Assembly (NCBI GenBank): GCA_002633005.1
Contig: NMRA01000294.1
Location: forward strand, 240,948-304,947
DNA: 64,000 nucleotides
DNA from: Phoronis australis
Taxonomy: Eukaryota > Animalia > Phoronida
Direction: 5' to 3'
The notes beneath the pieces are model-generated. The model was not told where the DNA came from, searched no databases, and worked only from the letters and a program-made list of their open reading frames with translations. This document shows, piece after piece, positions 13,961 to 27,637 of this stretch (within the stretch, counting starts at the first letter, position 1; each line of letters opens with the position of its first letter). The translations under genes and the position numbers were made by a program.

Positions 13961-16450
13961 ATAATAATATCGTGAAATGATTGAAATTTTGATAAAATAC
14001 TTATCTATGACTCGCGTTTAATAGTTCCCATAAAATCGTCACTTTGTGTATATCACTACGATACGAATGTGGACGAAATGGTAATAAGGAATGCCCAAAA
14101 CAATGTATGCGAATAGATGTGCGTTTTTACGTAATCAAATAATTTTTATCTAGGTGAAGTTGTACGACGTTGCGAGGCCTTGGCAGATTTATGGTAGAGC
14201 AGAGGGGAGCCAGCCCCTACGAATAAGAACAAATAAACGCTGCAGGCTGTTTTTAAACGCCATGTTTCCCTTTAGAAATCGTGGTTTTTAACTCTCCATG
14301 GTGACATCCTAGAACAGCCAGGGCTACTTAAATAACGAATTCGTGTTCGTACAGCAAAGCAACGAACATGAGTGTCTATTTCCGCTAGTTCTTGACGTTT
14401 GTAGGTGATTAAAAATCATCTAAAATCTTTATTAATGAACAATTAGAATCGTAGAAACATGATACCGTTACCAAGACAACCGTTGCTCATTGTTTGGGTT
14501 AAACGAGTATTAAAAATCACTTGAATTTGGATTTCCTCTCACGCAATCGGATGCAGCACACGCTATCAGTCAGTCAAACACAAATTTTGTAAACAATGGT
14601 ATGAGCCAGATTGGGCTGAAAAGGACTTGGCCTGATTTTTTGACACGACGCTTAAGTTACATATCTTACATCCAACCAGTAGTCACTGAGGTTTAATGAT
14701 AAAGGATCCCGCCTCTTTGTCAGTTCTACCGTATCGACCAGCGAACACCAGGAGTATAAGTTCCGACGTTGCGTTATCTACCGGTAGTCAGATATCCTAT
14801 GAGCGTCTGTCTAGTTATTTGACGGGATTCTAAATACAACCTCGACAGTAGTAGCAGCGTTCAATATTGTGAATGGGACTTTGAATCCGGGCAAGAATTT
14901 CTGGTACGCTGAAGTCCGAGGTAAGACTGTGTTCACCCTAGGGGCCAATAAGGTTCCTAGGTTCATATGACTGGGTCCAGGCACCGTTCATTTTGTCTAT
15001 GGTATTTAATTAACAATACAAGCGAATGTGGAATGTTGAAGGCTTCTTTGGGTGTTTTCTGAGACAAGGCTTCTGCGGCCAGTTGGTTTATGCGGAATCA
15101 AAATACACAAAAATACACGTAATGCAGATGTAAAGACAACGTGGGCCTTCGGAATAAACATAATAACAACCTCAATCGGTGACGTCATCGCCTTTTTGTG
15201 GCATGGAAACTACCGATAATTGGCGAAACTTGCGCATTCATTTTGCCCGTGGCTGGTGGTGATTAATTTGATTGCAGATGGTGGCGGCAACGTAGTAGTG
15301 TTAACGCGATAGAGGCGTTTGTCACACAACAATTAGCACTGATCTTCTATTGTACTTACTAATTTAAACCCCCTTGCATGTTTCTAGATAGCATCATAAC
15401 GAATGTTCAAGTGATGTTTATTGACTTCCGAGTTTGAAGTAGGAGATAAATCCACTCCCAAATTCGTACGTGTAGCTGGTCATTCCAAGCTCACTTATTG
15501 TTTAAATGTTTGAACAGGTGTAACCTTTACTACTTAATATCATTTATCAACGTTATTCGTTTGATAAATCTTTGGAATGATTTCTAAATACACACTAAAT
15601 GTGTAGTTGGCGGGTACACGTATGCCCCAGGTGAACCAGTGTACTGTGTCCTCATCGGAGTATCATCGAGTCTGTCAATGAACAACTTGAACGCGTGTTC
15701 ATTACTGCGCCAGAGACTTCCAGGCTACCTGGCAGGGCAATTTTACCATAACTTCTAGGATAAGGGAAATTTTCTCGCATAGAAGTATACGGTATGTTGA
15801 AGCAGTCCTTGAGATGAACGACTACATTTATATTTTCTATGTCGGCATTAAACCGGGCATTAACAGGAAAATAGTCTCCAAGTTTATGTTTCTAACAATG
15901 TTTCATAGAGAAGTTTTACTTCGGAAACTCGAATAAAACACGGGAATGGCGAAATCTGAGTTCGGTTCATGTCTTAAGTACTTTTTTGAAAAAAATGTGC
16001 ACATTTAACTGCCTATGTCTAATACGATCATCGAATTCATGTTGTGTTCGTCATATGCTAAGTGATGTCAGAAAAATAAAGAAATACGTTGTACTCACAC
16101 TCATTGATAGTAAGGAAGTTAGAGGCGTTATAGTACTGAATGATAAATAATGCTATCTAATCTGAATAGTCACTTTATTTTACCTAAACATCGATCACGT
16201 ATGTAGATTTAATGACAGACTGCGTCCATCAAGTCCCTAGACACCCCTTAGTGTCCTGTAGTGCAATTCTATGGAAGAGGTACACGGCACGTATCCCTAC
16301 GAAAGGATACCGTTTCCGACAGAATTCCGTAAAAAAACGGTGTGTTTTCGGTTTAATTCCCAATAGACTACATAAGGTCCCTTTTCCAACTTCAAGGTCT
16401 GCAACATCCAATAATATCATGCCTTTCTTGTTGCATTGTATAAGACTGAA

Positions 16451-16614
16451 CAGTGGCGGATTTAGAGGGGGGCCAAGGGAGCCATGACCCCCCGTAAAAT
16501 TCTCCCAGATTCCATTAGGCAGTTCGGGGATGCGAATGTCTGACGGGCAAAATCCTGGCTAATATTCTGCCCTGCCTCCCCCCCCCCTAACTCAAAATTC
16601 TGGATCCGCCTCTG
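16451..16614 (+). mobile_element. Short hAT-like MITE
   Basis: TIRs CAGTGGCGGAT / ATCCGCCTCTG with G/C-run subterminal motifs. It shares both ends with 51207..51468. An 8-bp TSD is not recognisable. Confidence 0.6.
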
Positions 16615-17996
16615 CTAAAGGAACGTGATCGGAGGAAAGGCGATTTTTTGAAAGCAGTCTCAGCACGGAATCGAAACTGTAAACCCATGCAGTCGTTACT
16701 CAACGCTCTGCTTGCGAAGCGAAACCCCATGCGTTAAAAATATTGATACCGGTAAGCGTTTTTTCAATTCTATGAGTGTCTGGCACACAATGTCATCGTC
16801 AACTGGTGATTTGCAATAAAATAAAAAAACACAACCGATTTTGCTGTGTTCTAGATCTGACTGGTCTTTGATAACAACTTCAACTTGTCTGTCCCATCCA
16901 AAGATTATCCTAAAAATGCGTTTTATGCCGTAAAACCGAAATTGTCCGCTTTACAGGAAGCATAGCTGTCCAAGAATAGAAAGCATTAGGTTTATGGAAG
17001 GAGTCTGTGAAAATGAGACCTTGTTTCTGATACATAACACATAGGTGACCTCTTGATAGAAGCGCCTTACAATCGAGTGCCTTTTTCGAATTTTCTCTCC
17101 AGATGGTTGGGTTCCTATATTATCCCAGTTACACCTCTGTTGAAAATATAACCGGGCACCACTCTCTCGATGTATAATAGCCATTCATGGGAACGTAGTC
17201 TCGATGATACTGTATTAGTACCTACCCCCCAGACTGTATTCAGAATACCCCCCTCCCCCCGAGTAACAATACCAAATCGAAACGAGGAAACTCGTTTTCA
17301 AACAATTCGGCTCGCTTTTGAACAAAACGATCGTCTGAGCAATTAATTCACGCACATCTAGGTTACTGTGTCTCGTACCTGGTTGTTTGCAAACACTGTT
17401 AAAGGTCACCTAAGTAAACAACCCCTAAGGTAGTTTCTGAGTTGCATCCTTGGTTCTTTTGATCTAGTACTATTCTTCTGCACATGTTCATCAAATCAAG
17501 CTCCCATAGTTTTCACGGGTGTTTAACCCTGTCTATAACTGTTGTCGAACCTGTAAACTGTCATTCATTGTACATGCTGTGTAAGTTTCTACAAATCATT
17601 AGCAAAGTAATTTCCCATCAAACTAAGTGTTCAAGAAAACTCCTTGTCGTCGGATGTTCATTTGAGTTTACTCATTTGATGATTCTTCAACAGGAATTCT
17701 TGTTTAACACGTCTATAAATCCGCCCTCCGCCACAAAACAAACGTTTTTAGATCACTTGCCGTTAATGAAATTGGCCTCATGTTAGGCCTAGCTGAGTCA
17801 CTTTAGTTATGATTTCTGGCTTGGAAAAAACTGTTAGCTCTTTAATGCTTGTGACCAGCCTCTACAAGTTACGTGAACCACGTCAGCACCGATCGTTTAT
17901 TCCGTTTAATTACCATCAGTGTAATTATTTTGAAATTGTAACCCCACGTTGTTTTAAAGAATCGTTGTGATAGCATTTGGGTTAAATGAAGTTGGA

Positions 17997-18105
17997 GGAG
18001 GCAGTGTGGCGTTGTAAGTAAGTGCCCGCTTTCTTTACTCGAGGTTGTGGGTTCGAGTCCCACCAGCTCACACTGCTAAGCCCTTGAGCCAGATCTCTAG
18101 CTCCT
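17997..18105 (+). mobile_element. tRNA-derived SINE head (degenerate)
   Basis: A-box-like TGGCGTTGTAAG at 18007-18018 and B-box GGTTCGAGTCC at 18050-18060, followed by a CCCTTGAGC core-like motif. It does not fold into a complete cloverleaf. Confidence 0.5.
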
Positions 18106-18550
18106 CAGCCCGGTTTTAACCATATACCAATAATGCATAAAAATATTTCCAGGTGATCGGTGCAATGGGCCCACATGCGAGACCTGCGCTCGTCTGGTAC
18201 AACGTGTATCGGACCGCCTTCAACTATTTTTATATTATTGAAATGAAGTTGAGACCGGCTTAAAGCAAGAAAAAAAAAAACGTGTAACGCAATGGAATTG
18301 AGCGCGTCAATGAGTTCAAACGTCAAGCGTTGATTTTTGCTCTCCATTCTGATAATGATCTGATTTAGTTGTCAAGCCGAGGAAGTTACAGTATTCCGCT
18401 CATGTGAATTCTGGGAAGAGCGCAGGGAAGAGCTATATTGACGTCATAAATGTTCTTTTTTATCTTTCAGATAAGTTATCTTTAGTACACGAATCTAACA
18501 CGGGCTCGATCAATTGATGAAGCATACGGTAGTTGTAAAACCTCTACACA

Positions 18551-18632
<82 letters not shown>
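18551..18632. repeat. (AT)n(GT)n microsatellite
   Basis: Directly visible. Confidence 0.97.
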
Positions 18633-18635
<3 letters not shown>

Positions 18636-18657
18636 AATACATATTTGCGATGGGGTC

Positions 18658-18935
18658 ATAACTCTATCGATACATGTACACTTAAAGCCGATTCACTTAC
18701 TAACTCAATCGATACACTTACTACTGATTGAGTTAATAATGCATCGGTAGGCGTAGTATCTTGATCGTTAGAGTTAATAAACTTAATCGAGGAAATAATT
18801 CTACCGATAGTTTTACTAATCCTGTCGATAGAGTTAATACGCACAGGTCTATCAATAGATAGTCTACCTACATCTGTAGTAATAATAATTCTTTCGATAG
18901 ACTAGTTATATCAAATCTATAATTGTATCGATAGA
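18658..18935. repeat. Degenerate array of a palindromic unit (~TAACTCTATCGATAGAGTTA)
   Basis: Recurrent variants aactctatcgata, aactcaatcgata, aattctaccgatag, tgtcgatagagttaa, ttctttcgatagac and tgtatcgatagac. Confidence 0.5.
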
Positions 18936-19817
18936 CGAAGTACTGGAGAAAAAAAGAATAAGTCGTGTTGACCTTCCGCAGCTACCGTTTCATCGTGCGT
19001 AATTAGACAAGCTAACCATGCGTCCTGAAGAACTGAGCGTGTTCCCTCTGTAACATGAACAAAAACAATAGTCTTCACAGACGGCACTAAATGGGACCTC
19101 AAGCGTGCGGTCGCCATCACGGATGCCAAAGAAATCGGACCTTGTCTTGCATCCGGCCTTTATTAACAGTAGAGTAATGCTAATGAATGTTGGATACGAC
19201 ACAAAAATGTGATCAAGCACTAGGGTTATCTGGGTATGAAAGACCCCTGGCCTACTTGTTCACGTAATTTTCGCTCAAAAAATTAGCGACACATTCTTGT
19301 GGTTTACATTACTATACTTGTTCAGTAGTCAGATAAGGGTACCTAGAAGTGTTTAGTAGTATAAGGTTTTGTGTTTGTTTCATGTCTAGGTTGCACACCG
19401 GAAGTATTTTATGTGAGTTTTAATCATGACAACCTCTAGAATTGTTTAAGTATGCAAATTATGGCCGATATTATGAAAAATCATATTTGCTTGTAATTTA
19501 GTTGTCAAGCACTACACATAGCTTATGTTGATGTTTTGCCCCATGATTGAGGGAATTTAAAGGAGAAGGCAACCTTTTTTTCATCTCATTTTTAGTAAAA
19601 ATATGCTTCGTTGATTATCCTAGACATAATTTTCAGTAATAACGGCTTCCCGTAATTTTATTAATTAGTCTTGCGTTATTCCGTAAGTGATGTTTGGGGG
19701 TTAAATATTTAATATTTTGTTTTCAGTCTGACTATGTAAGCTGTCCAGACAATCATAGTTTTACCCCGGTTGTGATAAGTTCGGTCGCCGTTTGCGTTTG
19801 TTTACCCATCAGTTAGC

Positions 19818-20400
19818 ATGCCGCACGGTTGCTGCGTACTGGTATGCACTCATTATCCTCTCACGCGTACTTTGAGTATGCCATTATGGAAGATGACACA
19901 CTCCGCAGTAAATTGTGTCATTCGTTACCCGTCCACACAACATACAAAGCAGTGGAGAATTTTCGAGTGTGTGGCAAGCATTTCTGCCGTCGGATTATGC
20001 AAGAAGTATGCTCGTGGAATTGACGATGGTTCCTGCAAAACAACGCCAGAAAAAGGGTGCTATACTGTCGTTGTTGACTCCCGGTAATGCTTCGTCGCCA
20101 CCCCTGAGAAGTGCATTTCTGAAGCGAGAGGCCTCGCGAGTTGTGGCCTCCAGAGTGACTGGAGGCCCTTCATCTACACTGAGACGTGCCTCCGAACGTA
20201 CCCCAGAGCGTGCAATTCCGGGAACTAGCAGTGCCAGTAATAAGCCCAGCAGCGACCTTGAGTAGTGAGAGTCATGCTTTTTGACAAGTTTACTGTGGAC
20301 TTGAAAAAAGTATTGGGGGTATTTAAAAAGTGCCAGTTCTGAGGCGAAGGAGTCACACGGCGGGATACAAGCGGTTTGGGTGCTCAGGTCACCATCCAGT
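19818..20400 (+). pseudogene. N-terminal stub of a THAP-domain Kolobok transposase (frameshifted)
   Basis: MPHGCCVLVC ... DDTLRSKL ... NFRVCGKHF ... KKGAILSL matches THAP C2CH plus an AVP-like box. DKFTVDLKKVLGVFKKCQF*G..GAQVTI matches the KFIVxxxxLLxLFxxCxxC motif. Confidence 0.7.
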
Positions 20401-20656
20401 TGGAACAGCATAGGCAATCTATTGAGTGTGGCATAACAATGCATACCGCGCATTTACACGACGACCTCCCACCACATCTGTCCTAAGCCTCTGTCTCATC
20501 CCTCACATAGCTGTCTGCGTGTATTCTATTTTCTCTATACTAGGGCTCAAACATATATCCACCCACTGACTGTTCGCGAAAAAAGTCCTCATCACCACTC
20601 CTATGAACAGTGTCTCCGTCACTGTGTCTGTGGTACGGGTCGCCGACTCCAGCCAT
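20400..20656 (-). pseudogene. N-terminal stub of KolX (P2X7 C-terminal ballast-like Cys-rich accessory protein)
   Basis: ATG at 20656, an acidic leader, GYMFEP (20560-20543; the PYxFEP motif), then SCKCAVCIVMPHSIDCLCCS matching WCxCxxCxxMxxxxECxCC. Confidence 0.7.
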
Positions 20657-23600
20657 TTCCTAACGATCCCTAAATCCAAAGTAATTGAGTTCTATACCAA
20701 CCTGGTTTGTCTTAGAATACTCGTCGATAGGAAGTGGTGACGACAATTTTAGTAAACCAGCACGAAAACAACAGTAGAACAGATCCTCACAGTAAACTCA
20801 AACGCAGAAACAAAATGATGGGGAATTCTTAACCCCCTAAACGTCACTTCCGGAGTAGGGATTGACTAATCAATTAATTTCCGGGAAGCCGTAATTAAAT
20901 GAAACATATGTCTGGGAAAATCAATGAACCGTATTTTTACTAAAAATGACATGAAAAGGTTGCCTCCTCCTTAAATTTCATAGTCTTCGTCACGTATGTG
21001 ACTGTTGTATATCTCCCTAACTCTCGTAAAATGGTCATAACCAGTTCTGAGAACTAACCTCGCAAGCATATAATTTTTTTGTTTCTGACGTTCGAAAGTT
21101 GCGGTACAATCCTAGAATAAAGCTTTTCATGGGTTTAAAACAAGCAATTCGAACCCGGATAATAGTTCTTGTATTATTGCACATCAGCAGGTGGCAAATC
21201 AGAGAGCGACCCTGTGACCCATGGGATTCTTCAAAACTGATTCGCATAACAGTCTTTGGCACAACGCATTTTAATTTCAAATGTCGGAGTTGATGAGCAG
21301 TGCACGTCACACTTGACTGGCTTTAGTTTGAAACTTCAGAACTGTCTGAAGTTCTTCACATCCTACTTGTCTATAAGCAGTAGCATGACTTAATTACATT
21401 TCGACAAGGATTTTCGTTCTATACTTTGTTGAAAAACTGTTCTGAGGCTATGGGCCATAAAAATCAGTAAAATTGTAGCATAGAATTTTACATTTCACTC
21501 AAGATTAGCGTTTATAGCTCACATTATATAAACATTTAATCAAATTCACCGGTTGTGTGTCATACGTTAAAATGTGGCCAAGCTATTGACTGCACTGAAG
21601 TGAAAATCCTTGCCACTGATTGAAACCGTTTCAAGGGGTGAGTGAAGGGGTCTAACAGAATCTACAACCATACCCTGGAGAGCAGATGCTTTCCACCCTA
21701 GTTCCACGAAACCCGAGTAGACATTCTCAGAAGGAACAAAATGGCGGATCGCTATTGAAGGCTCTCATTGATTCCATATTTTTTGCTATGAGTTCATATT
21801 TGTATTGTGACTGCACCACAGCTCATTAGCTTTCATCAACGCACAAGTATTGGTGTTAAGACATAGGTGTGCAAATAGTAAAGAAAACCAAAACACTGAA
21901 AACGTAACAATCTATAAATCAAGTTAAGCTATATATGGCAATTTTGAGTTGACGCTTCTTTTATATTTTTCACTAGATCCTATTTTATTGTATTAACACT
22001 ATTTGAATGAAAAGTTGAAAAACACCATTTTCTTGTGTAGAAATGTATGTTAGATGCATTTTATTAAATTTCATTGTATTACGTTGTACAATGTTATGAT
22101 ATGCCTATCAGACAATAAGGTTTCTTGAAATTTAGTGGTTCTAAATCAAGTTACTGCTTTCACAGAAAAACGTATGGAATAAACAATTTGCTGGCATGAC
22201 CAACGATAACACAGAAATCACCACCGCCCTCAGAAATTTTTTGTCTTCAAAATCATAACCGTTACTCCGGCAATGTGTGTTTGGAGTCTAGGAGTGCAAA
22301 TCAGGGGATTTGTACCACGGTTTTGGTGTCTGTTAGTCCGGGACTGGAGTTAATGGTACAGTGACTGGAATATACTGGTGCAGTCACAGAATTATTTCAA
22401 CCCTTTGCAAACATGCTACAAAGCAAACAGCGAAACACCATCCTTTGTGGAAAACTGACATCAATTACATGACACGTGAAACTTTGTAATTAATTACAAA
22501 TATTTGAATAAGGTTCATACTCTGTAATTAATTGCATATATTTAAACCAGTCTCTGTGGGGGGAAGAACACTCGAAATAATTGGTGTCGACCTTTGTGTG
22601 CCTAAGTTGTCAATTTCCTTAAATTCATTGACAACGATAACTTAAGTGCAAATGTCAAAATAATCAACGTGTAGTGCCCCGTGAGAAAGTCATGAGCAAA
22701 AATAGAACATTGTTTCATAAATTACGCAATTGTTCAGGCAGCAGCTTGCAATGCAATTTTACTGTATTAACTGACCATAGAAACATGGTTGCAATTATCA
22801 ATGTTTTTATTTATAGTGCTTGCTACCTCAGCTATAAGCACACGAATTTTTTTAAATAATGGAGACCTTAGTTTGCATAAATTATTACGATTTATCCGCC
22901 TGCAAACTAGGTTCATAAAACGCACTAACTTTGCCAAAATGGAATAACAGCAAATTAATCTACTTAGGTGCTTGGTATGGAAGTTATAAACAAAAGCACA
23001 ATATTCCCATAATGGCATTCGTAATTTGTCAAGATTACACCTCAGTAAAAGTGCTTCAGGCTTTCCACCTCAAAATGAAACAATCAAAAATTCCCTATAC
23101 TACCAAGACTTTCTAGGTCCACTGTGGGAACCCCATGGGTAGCTATTGCACAATACTCCTAAGTTTTTACACACTGCTCACATTCATGGACTGATTTTTA
23201 TCGTCCAGTTTTGTTCGTGGTAGCCTATGTAGTGTCACATTTTACACACTATGTGTGAAATCTGATGAGGCAATCCTACTGGTGCCTCTTTGCACAACAC
23301 CCTACAAATCCCTGGGTTGAGTTCCGCAGACGCAAAAATATCGCAAAGGACATAACGTATTTTCCTTATAGTAACGGCGATTTCTCCAGAAGTTTTGCGT
23401 ATTTTTTCGTTTTCACGAAGTTCTCGCGACTACGGAACCTATGCGTGACTGATACTCTGACTGCTTCACGGCGTACATTTCCCTCGCTGTCGTGGGAAGT
23501 ATACAGAAACGGTTTTGGAAAGGCTTCAGTTGTTAAAGACCATACATTGAAAGTGTACAACAGCGATGATGTCCCGCAGTGTCGCCGCTTCTGTAACAAG

Positions 23601-23849
23601 GCACTGGTGCTAGGGAAATCACTGTATATCACTTAAAATTCTTCTTAGATCCGAACTCGTGGCCGCGTTCCGTAGAACAAGTTTCTTGCGAGTGAAAGTG
23701 AAATCACGCATTTGAGAGATGTCGCCATGTATTACAACAGCAGCTCGTTTTCACACTAGCCTCAACTGCGATTATCTTGACTTTACTAAATGCAGTCCGA
23801 TGGTGCATTTCGTTGACTCGGGAACTTGTCGTGACAAAAACCAAGATCA

Positions 23850-24085
23850 TGTAAGAATACGCAAAATCGCGAGAGTAGGTCTAAAGACGAATGATTCCGC
23901 GACTGTACTCCAGACTTAAGTAGAGTAACCTTGTAAAGTGTCGCCCACGGAAGTGATTGGTCAGTAACGTGATTGGTCAGTGAGGTTGGAATGGTGAATC
24001 ATGGGGATGAAATTCATGAGTCATGAGGTGGAAGTCATTGTTTCCCTTCCATAAGCGAAGATTTTTCGCTTTGCAGTAAGAGCAA
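23850..24085 (+). repeat. Dispersed repeat, diverged copy of 43112..43310
   Basis: Shares CGGAAGTGAYTGGTC..GTGAGGTTGGAATGSTGAATYATGGG..TTCCATAARCGAAGATTT with the 43 kb copy. Confidence 0.6.
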
Positions 24086-27000
24086 GGTTTATGTTTTTCG
24101 TCAACGGAATATGCCCACTATCGTGGCCTACATGTAGGTCTAAAGCATACATCAACCTGATGCGTTTGACGAACGATTTGCATGCCACTATTTCTTGCCG
24201 CAAGTGCGTGGTCAATATCCTCAGATTCTTCGAACGCAACCCTGATCTATTTATAACTGTAGAGCCGGTGGTGTAACGTGATCAACATACGTGAGTCTCC
24301 TATATTACGTATGGTGGCGCTCGTGTGCGTGCAAGAACGACTACGGAATTAAATGATCTTTCAAAATCGCTTTAGTAAAATAAATGTCAATAGAAGTTAT
24401 TTATCAACTCCATGTACTAATTTTTATCCCAATTTTAGTGTTAAGCTCTTTGCGAAGTGAGCTTCAAATCCGATTATAAAACAGAAACGTGTAAAATCCG
24501 AAACAATAAAACGGAATAAAAGAAAATAAAAAGCAATATTTCTAGTACACACTGTCCATAGCGTATCACTTCACGGCATTGTTAGTAGGAGCATTTGAGA
24601 GATATCTGTTTATAGACTGGTGACACTGTCACATACAACAACTCTGTAGTGGATGAATTACTCCTAACTCGACATGAACATGAACAAATATAGCACGCGT
24701 TAGGCATTAATTTATTAGCAAAACGTTTGAGCTTTTTCAAGCTAATCTCTCTGAAATATGCAAGCTTGATCGACAAGTTCTGAAGTTACCAATGTAGTCG
24801 CTCAACGCGAGCTGGTGTTATTTCTCAATTATAAAAGCAATTAAGTGGATGAGTTGATTAGTTTCACGGCTTACGTTTAATCAGAAAATAACACTAAACG
24901 CGTATAATAAGTGTCCGGTTCCTGCGTTTGGAGCATAGAAATAAAAAATAATGAGCCAGGTCCTTCCATGAGCAAAGCGTTTATGGCCTCTGAATAATAG
25001 GAATGAATTGAAAATTGGGTATAAAGTTCAGACTGAAATTAAATACAGAAAGTCGTGTCTCATGTAAGTTGGAATCTCCTGCAAAAACGCAGTTCCAGCA
25101 ACTCGGTTGCTTTTGATGAAGCTTGGCAACTCGTTCATTAAATGATTTGCTCATGATTTAGCCAATCACTTGTCGAACGACCAACACCATTACTGTTATG
25201 TAATAATCTACTTTGCCGTGGCAAACGTTGGAAATGGTTACCGTGTAAACAAAGTTAACGACAGGATATCACTGCGTGCAGACTAATACCGTTCAATTGT
25301 TTTGTGCTGCACCAAATGGACATTAGAAATAGAAATACTCCGAAAGTCAGCAATAAAGATGAATAATAGATATTGTTGAGCTGAACGACAAATTAATGCC
25401 CGACGTTAGCGTACAACTGGCTATGGTTATAAGTTCGTATAGATTAGGAAGACTCATCACAATATAGTTAATTTAATTGAAGCGTTTTCATTGCCCTGTT
25501 AAATCTAGAAAAGCAGCATAAATGGTTCCGGTCTGGGCCCAACTCCGATTCTTAAACCAGAGTTCTGACGTCATGTTTAAGATTAAGTAGGACATCATGG
25601 ACAAATTAGCCAACCACAGTACCGAAAGTAAAGTGTATGTCTTGCCTTTTTATTCATTTTCCATTTAACTAGGCTCGCTGTTTTATGAAACAAGTAAGCT
25701 ACAATGACAGCAAAACAACGGTATATCAAGTGGCCAATTTTCGTTTGATAACAGTATCCAAGAAAAATTCACAAAATCATTGTTGCAGTTTTCTAACCTA
25801 TCGTTTTGTTTTCGGTTCATGAAACTTTTCATTTGTTCATGAAAACTCTGTAAGTCTCATTTGTGATAGCGTTCATGCAAAAAAGGATCATTCCAAAAAC
25901 AAGCCCACTAGCAGCACGTTAGAGATCAGTACACAAATTTATCCCTCTTTCACTCATCACTTTTAGCGACATTTGCGGCTTTTTCAAAAGCTACATAAAC
26001 GTAAGGCATTTCATTTTGAACAAAGCGGCTCGGTATGTTTTACGTCAATAAGCTGTTTCGTGACATAATTCATGAAGAATGGGTTTCGAAAAGTTGGGTG
26101 CAGTTTTGTATCGGAACCTGAGTCCCCTACCCCGTTCGTTACAGCCAGCCGCGTCACCAGACCGTTGAGGTTCAGCGAACAAAAAATCCAGCACCATTTC
26201 ACTTCATATCTTGTGATTTGTTTTTGGTAACAATGTGCAACTGAAAAAATACCGCATTACCACATCTATTATCATGCAACATAGACCAATTACGGTGTAA
26301 CGTACATGTAAGGCACGTGAATGTGTTCGGCTTTTGTCGTTCGAAAGTTATTTGTATGGTACATGTATTGCTCAGTACTCGTATATTGGCAGTTATGCTT
26401 GAGCAATTAACAAAGATGTCTCGTGTCTGAAATTGGTTTGGGCGCTTTTACAAGAAACACAAAAACATGTCCGAGATAAATGCCCACGAGGATTGCTGCA
26501 GACAATGAAAATTTGATCTCTTTCTTCGGTGGCGTTGGAAAAATTTCCTTGGCCACGAGGTAGTACTCACGCAGACATTTACTATGTCTGCAGCTATGGA
26601 TCTCTGGCAATAAATTGATATTAGGGTATTGTTGTTGTTTTAGCGACAACAGATCTCGTGTTAGATGACGTGCACGTCACTGTTATTGGAAGAATTGCAC
26701 TGCAATAGTGGCATCTCCTAGTCTTATGGAAACCCAGTGAAGTATGTTTTTATTTAAGCTTGGCTTGAGTTATTTGAATGATTGTGGCTAAACACAGCTT
26801 GATGCATCACATGCAGTTAATTGGTGCGGCGCTATACGTCAGTTCATAACGAATATTTTGATTAACTATAATAACATCCATCGGTTTTGTCACTAAATCA
26901 CCATGCCGACCATTGTTACTCCCTCTATTGTCCAAGTGTTCATGAGGAAACTAAGATACAAGACCTACGTAAAGGTAAATGTAAAGCTCTCGACAACATT

Positions 27001-27207
27001 TGTAATTAAGTTATATAATAATTCCTGTGTACTCTGGTGTATCAATTATTAATTAATAGACACGAGGAATCTAAGCAGCGATCCATGAACTAATGTGCCA
27101 TTAACTAGCAATCAAAGTATTCCAGAAGAATTTGAAGCAATTAAGTATATGTACATTTAAGTATATTAAGTATATGTATGTTTAAAAGTGATGAACCGTT
27201 TCATTTC

Positions 27208-27637
27208 CAAGGTACCTAAACTACACGGTCAACGGACTCATAAACACGGGCACGGACGCATGAACACGACTCACGGACCTGCAAACACCGTCCACTGACT
27301 CACAAACACGGGAACGGACTCACAAAACACGATCCACGCACCCAAATACACGGGACACGGACTCATATTCACGAGGAAACACGGTTAACGGACCGCCAAA
27401 CACGGGTCACGGACTCATCGGCTTCGTGGGTCAGCTGACATCTTCATTTTGTCCGTGACCCGTGTTTGGCGGTCCGTTAACCATGTTTCCTCGTGAATAT
27501 GAGTCCGTGTCCCGTGTATTTGGGTGCGTGGATCGTGTTTTGTGAGTCCGTTCCCGTGTTTGTGAGTCAGTGGACGGTGTTTGCAGGTCCGTGAGTCGTG
27601 TTCATGAGTCCGTTGACCGTGTAGTTTAGGTACCTTG
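27208..27637. mobile_element. Foldback-type element (430 bp) with modular TIRs and 5-bp TSD
   Basis: Arms 27208-27414 and 27451-27637 are reverse complements apart from one extra 20-bp module and about one substitution. The spacer is 36 bp. Arms are built of ~20-bp AACACGGGTCACGGACTCAT-like subrepeats. ATTTC flanks both ends. Confidence 0.9.

Larger units (their letters stand above)
19561..20970 (+). mobile_element. Internally deleted Kolobok DNA transposon (1.4 kb)
   Basis: ~150-bp imperfect TIRs (AGGAGAAGGCAACCTTTT.. / ..AAAAGGTTGCCTCCTCC). TTAA lies at 19557-19560 and 20971-20974. Convergent THAP-transposase and KolX stubs lie inside. Confidence 0.85.

Noticed and set aside
17997-18070. 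tRNA gene
   Set aside because: It has A/B-box-like motifs but no consistent acceptor, D or anticodon stems, so a SINE head explains it better.
19995-20453. 152-aa minus-strand ORF
   Set aside because: It is an antisense shadow of the Kolobok transposase stub; the KolX motifs lie in other frames.
23262-23295. Hammerhead candidate CTGATGAGGCA..TGCC
   Set aside because: A stem II-like hairpin is present, but the essential GAAA box does not follow it.
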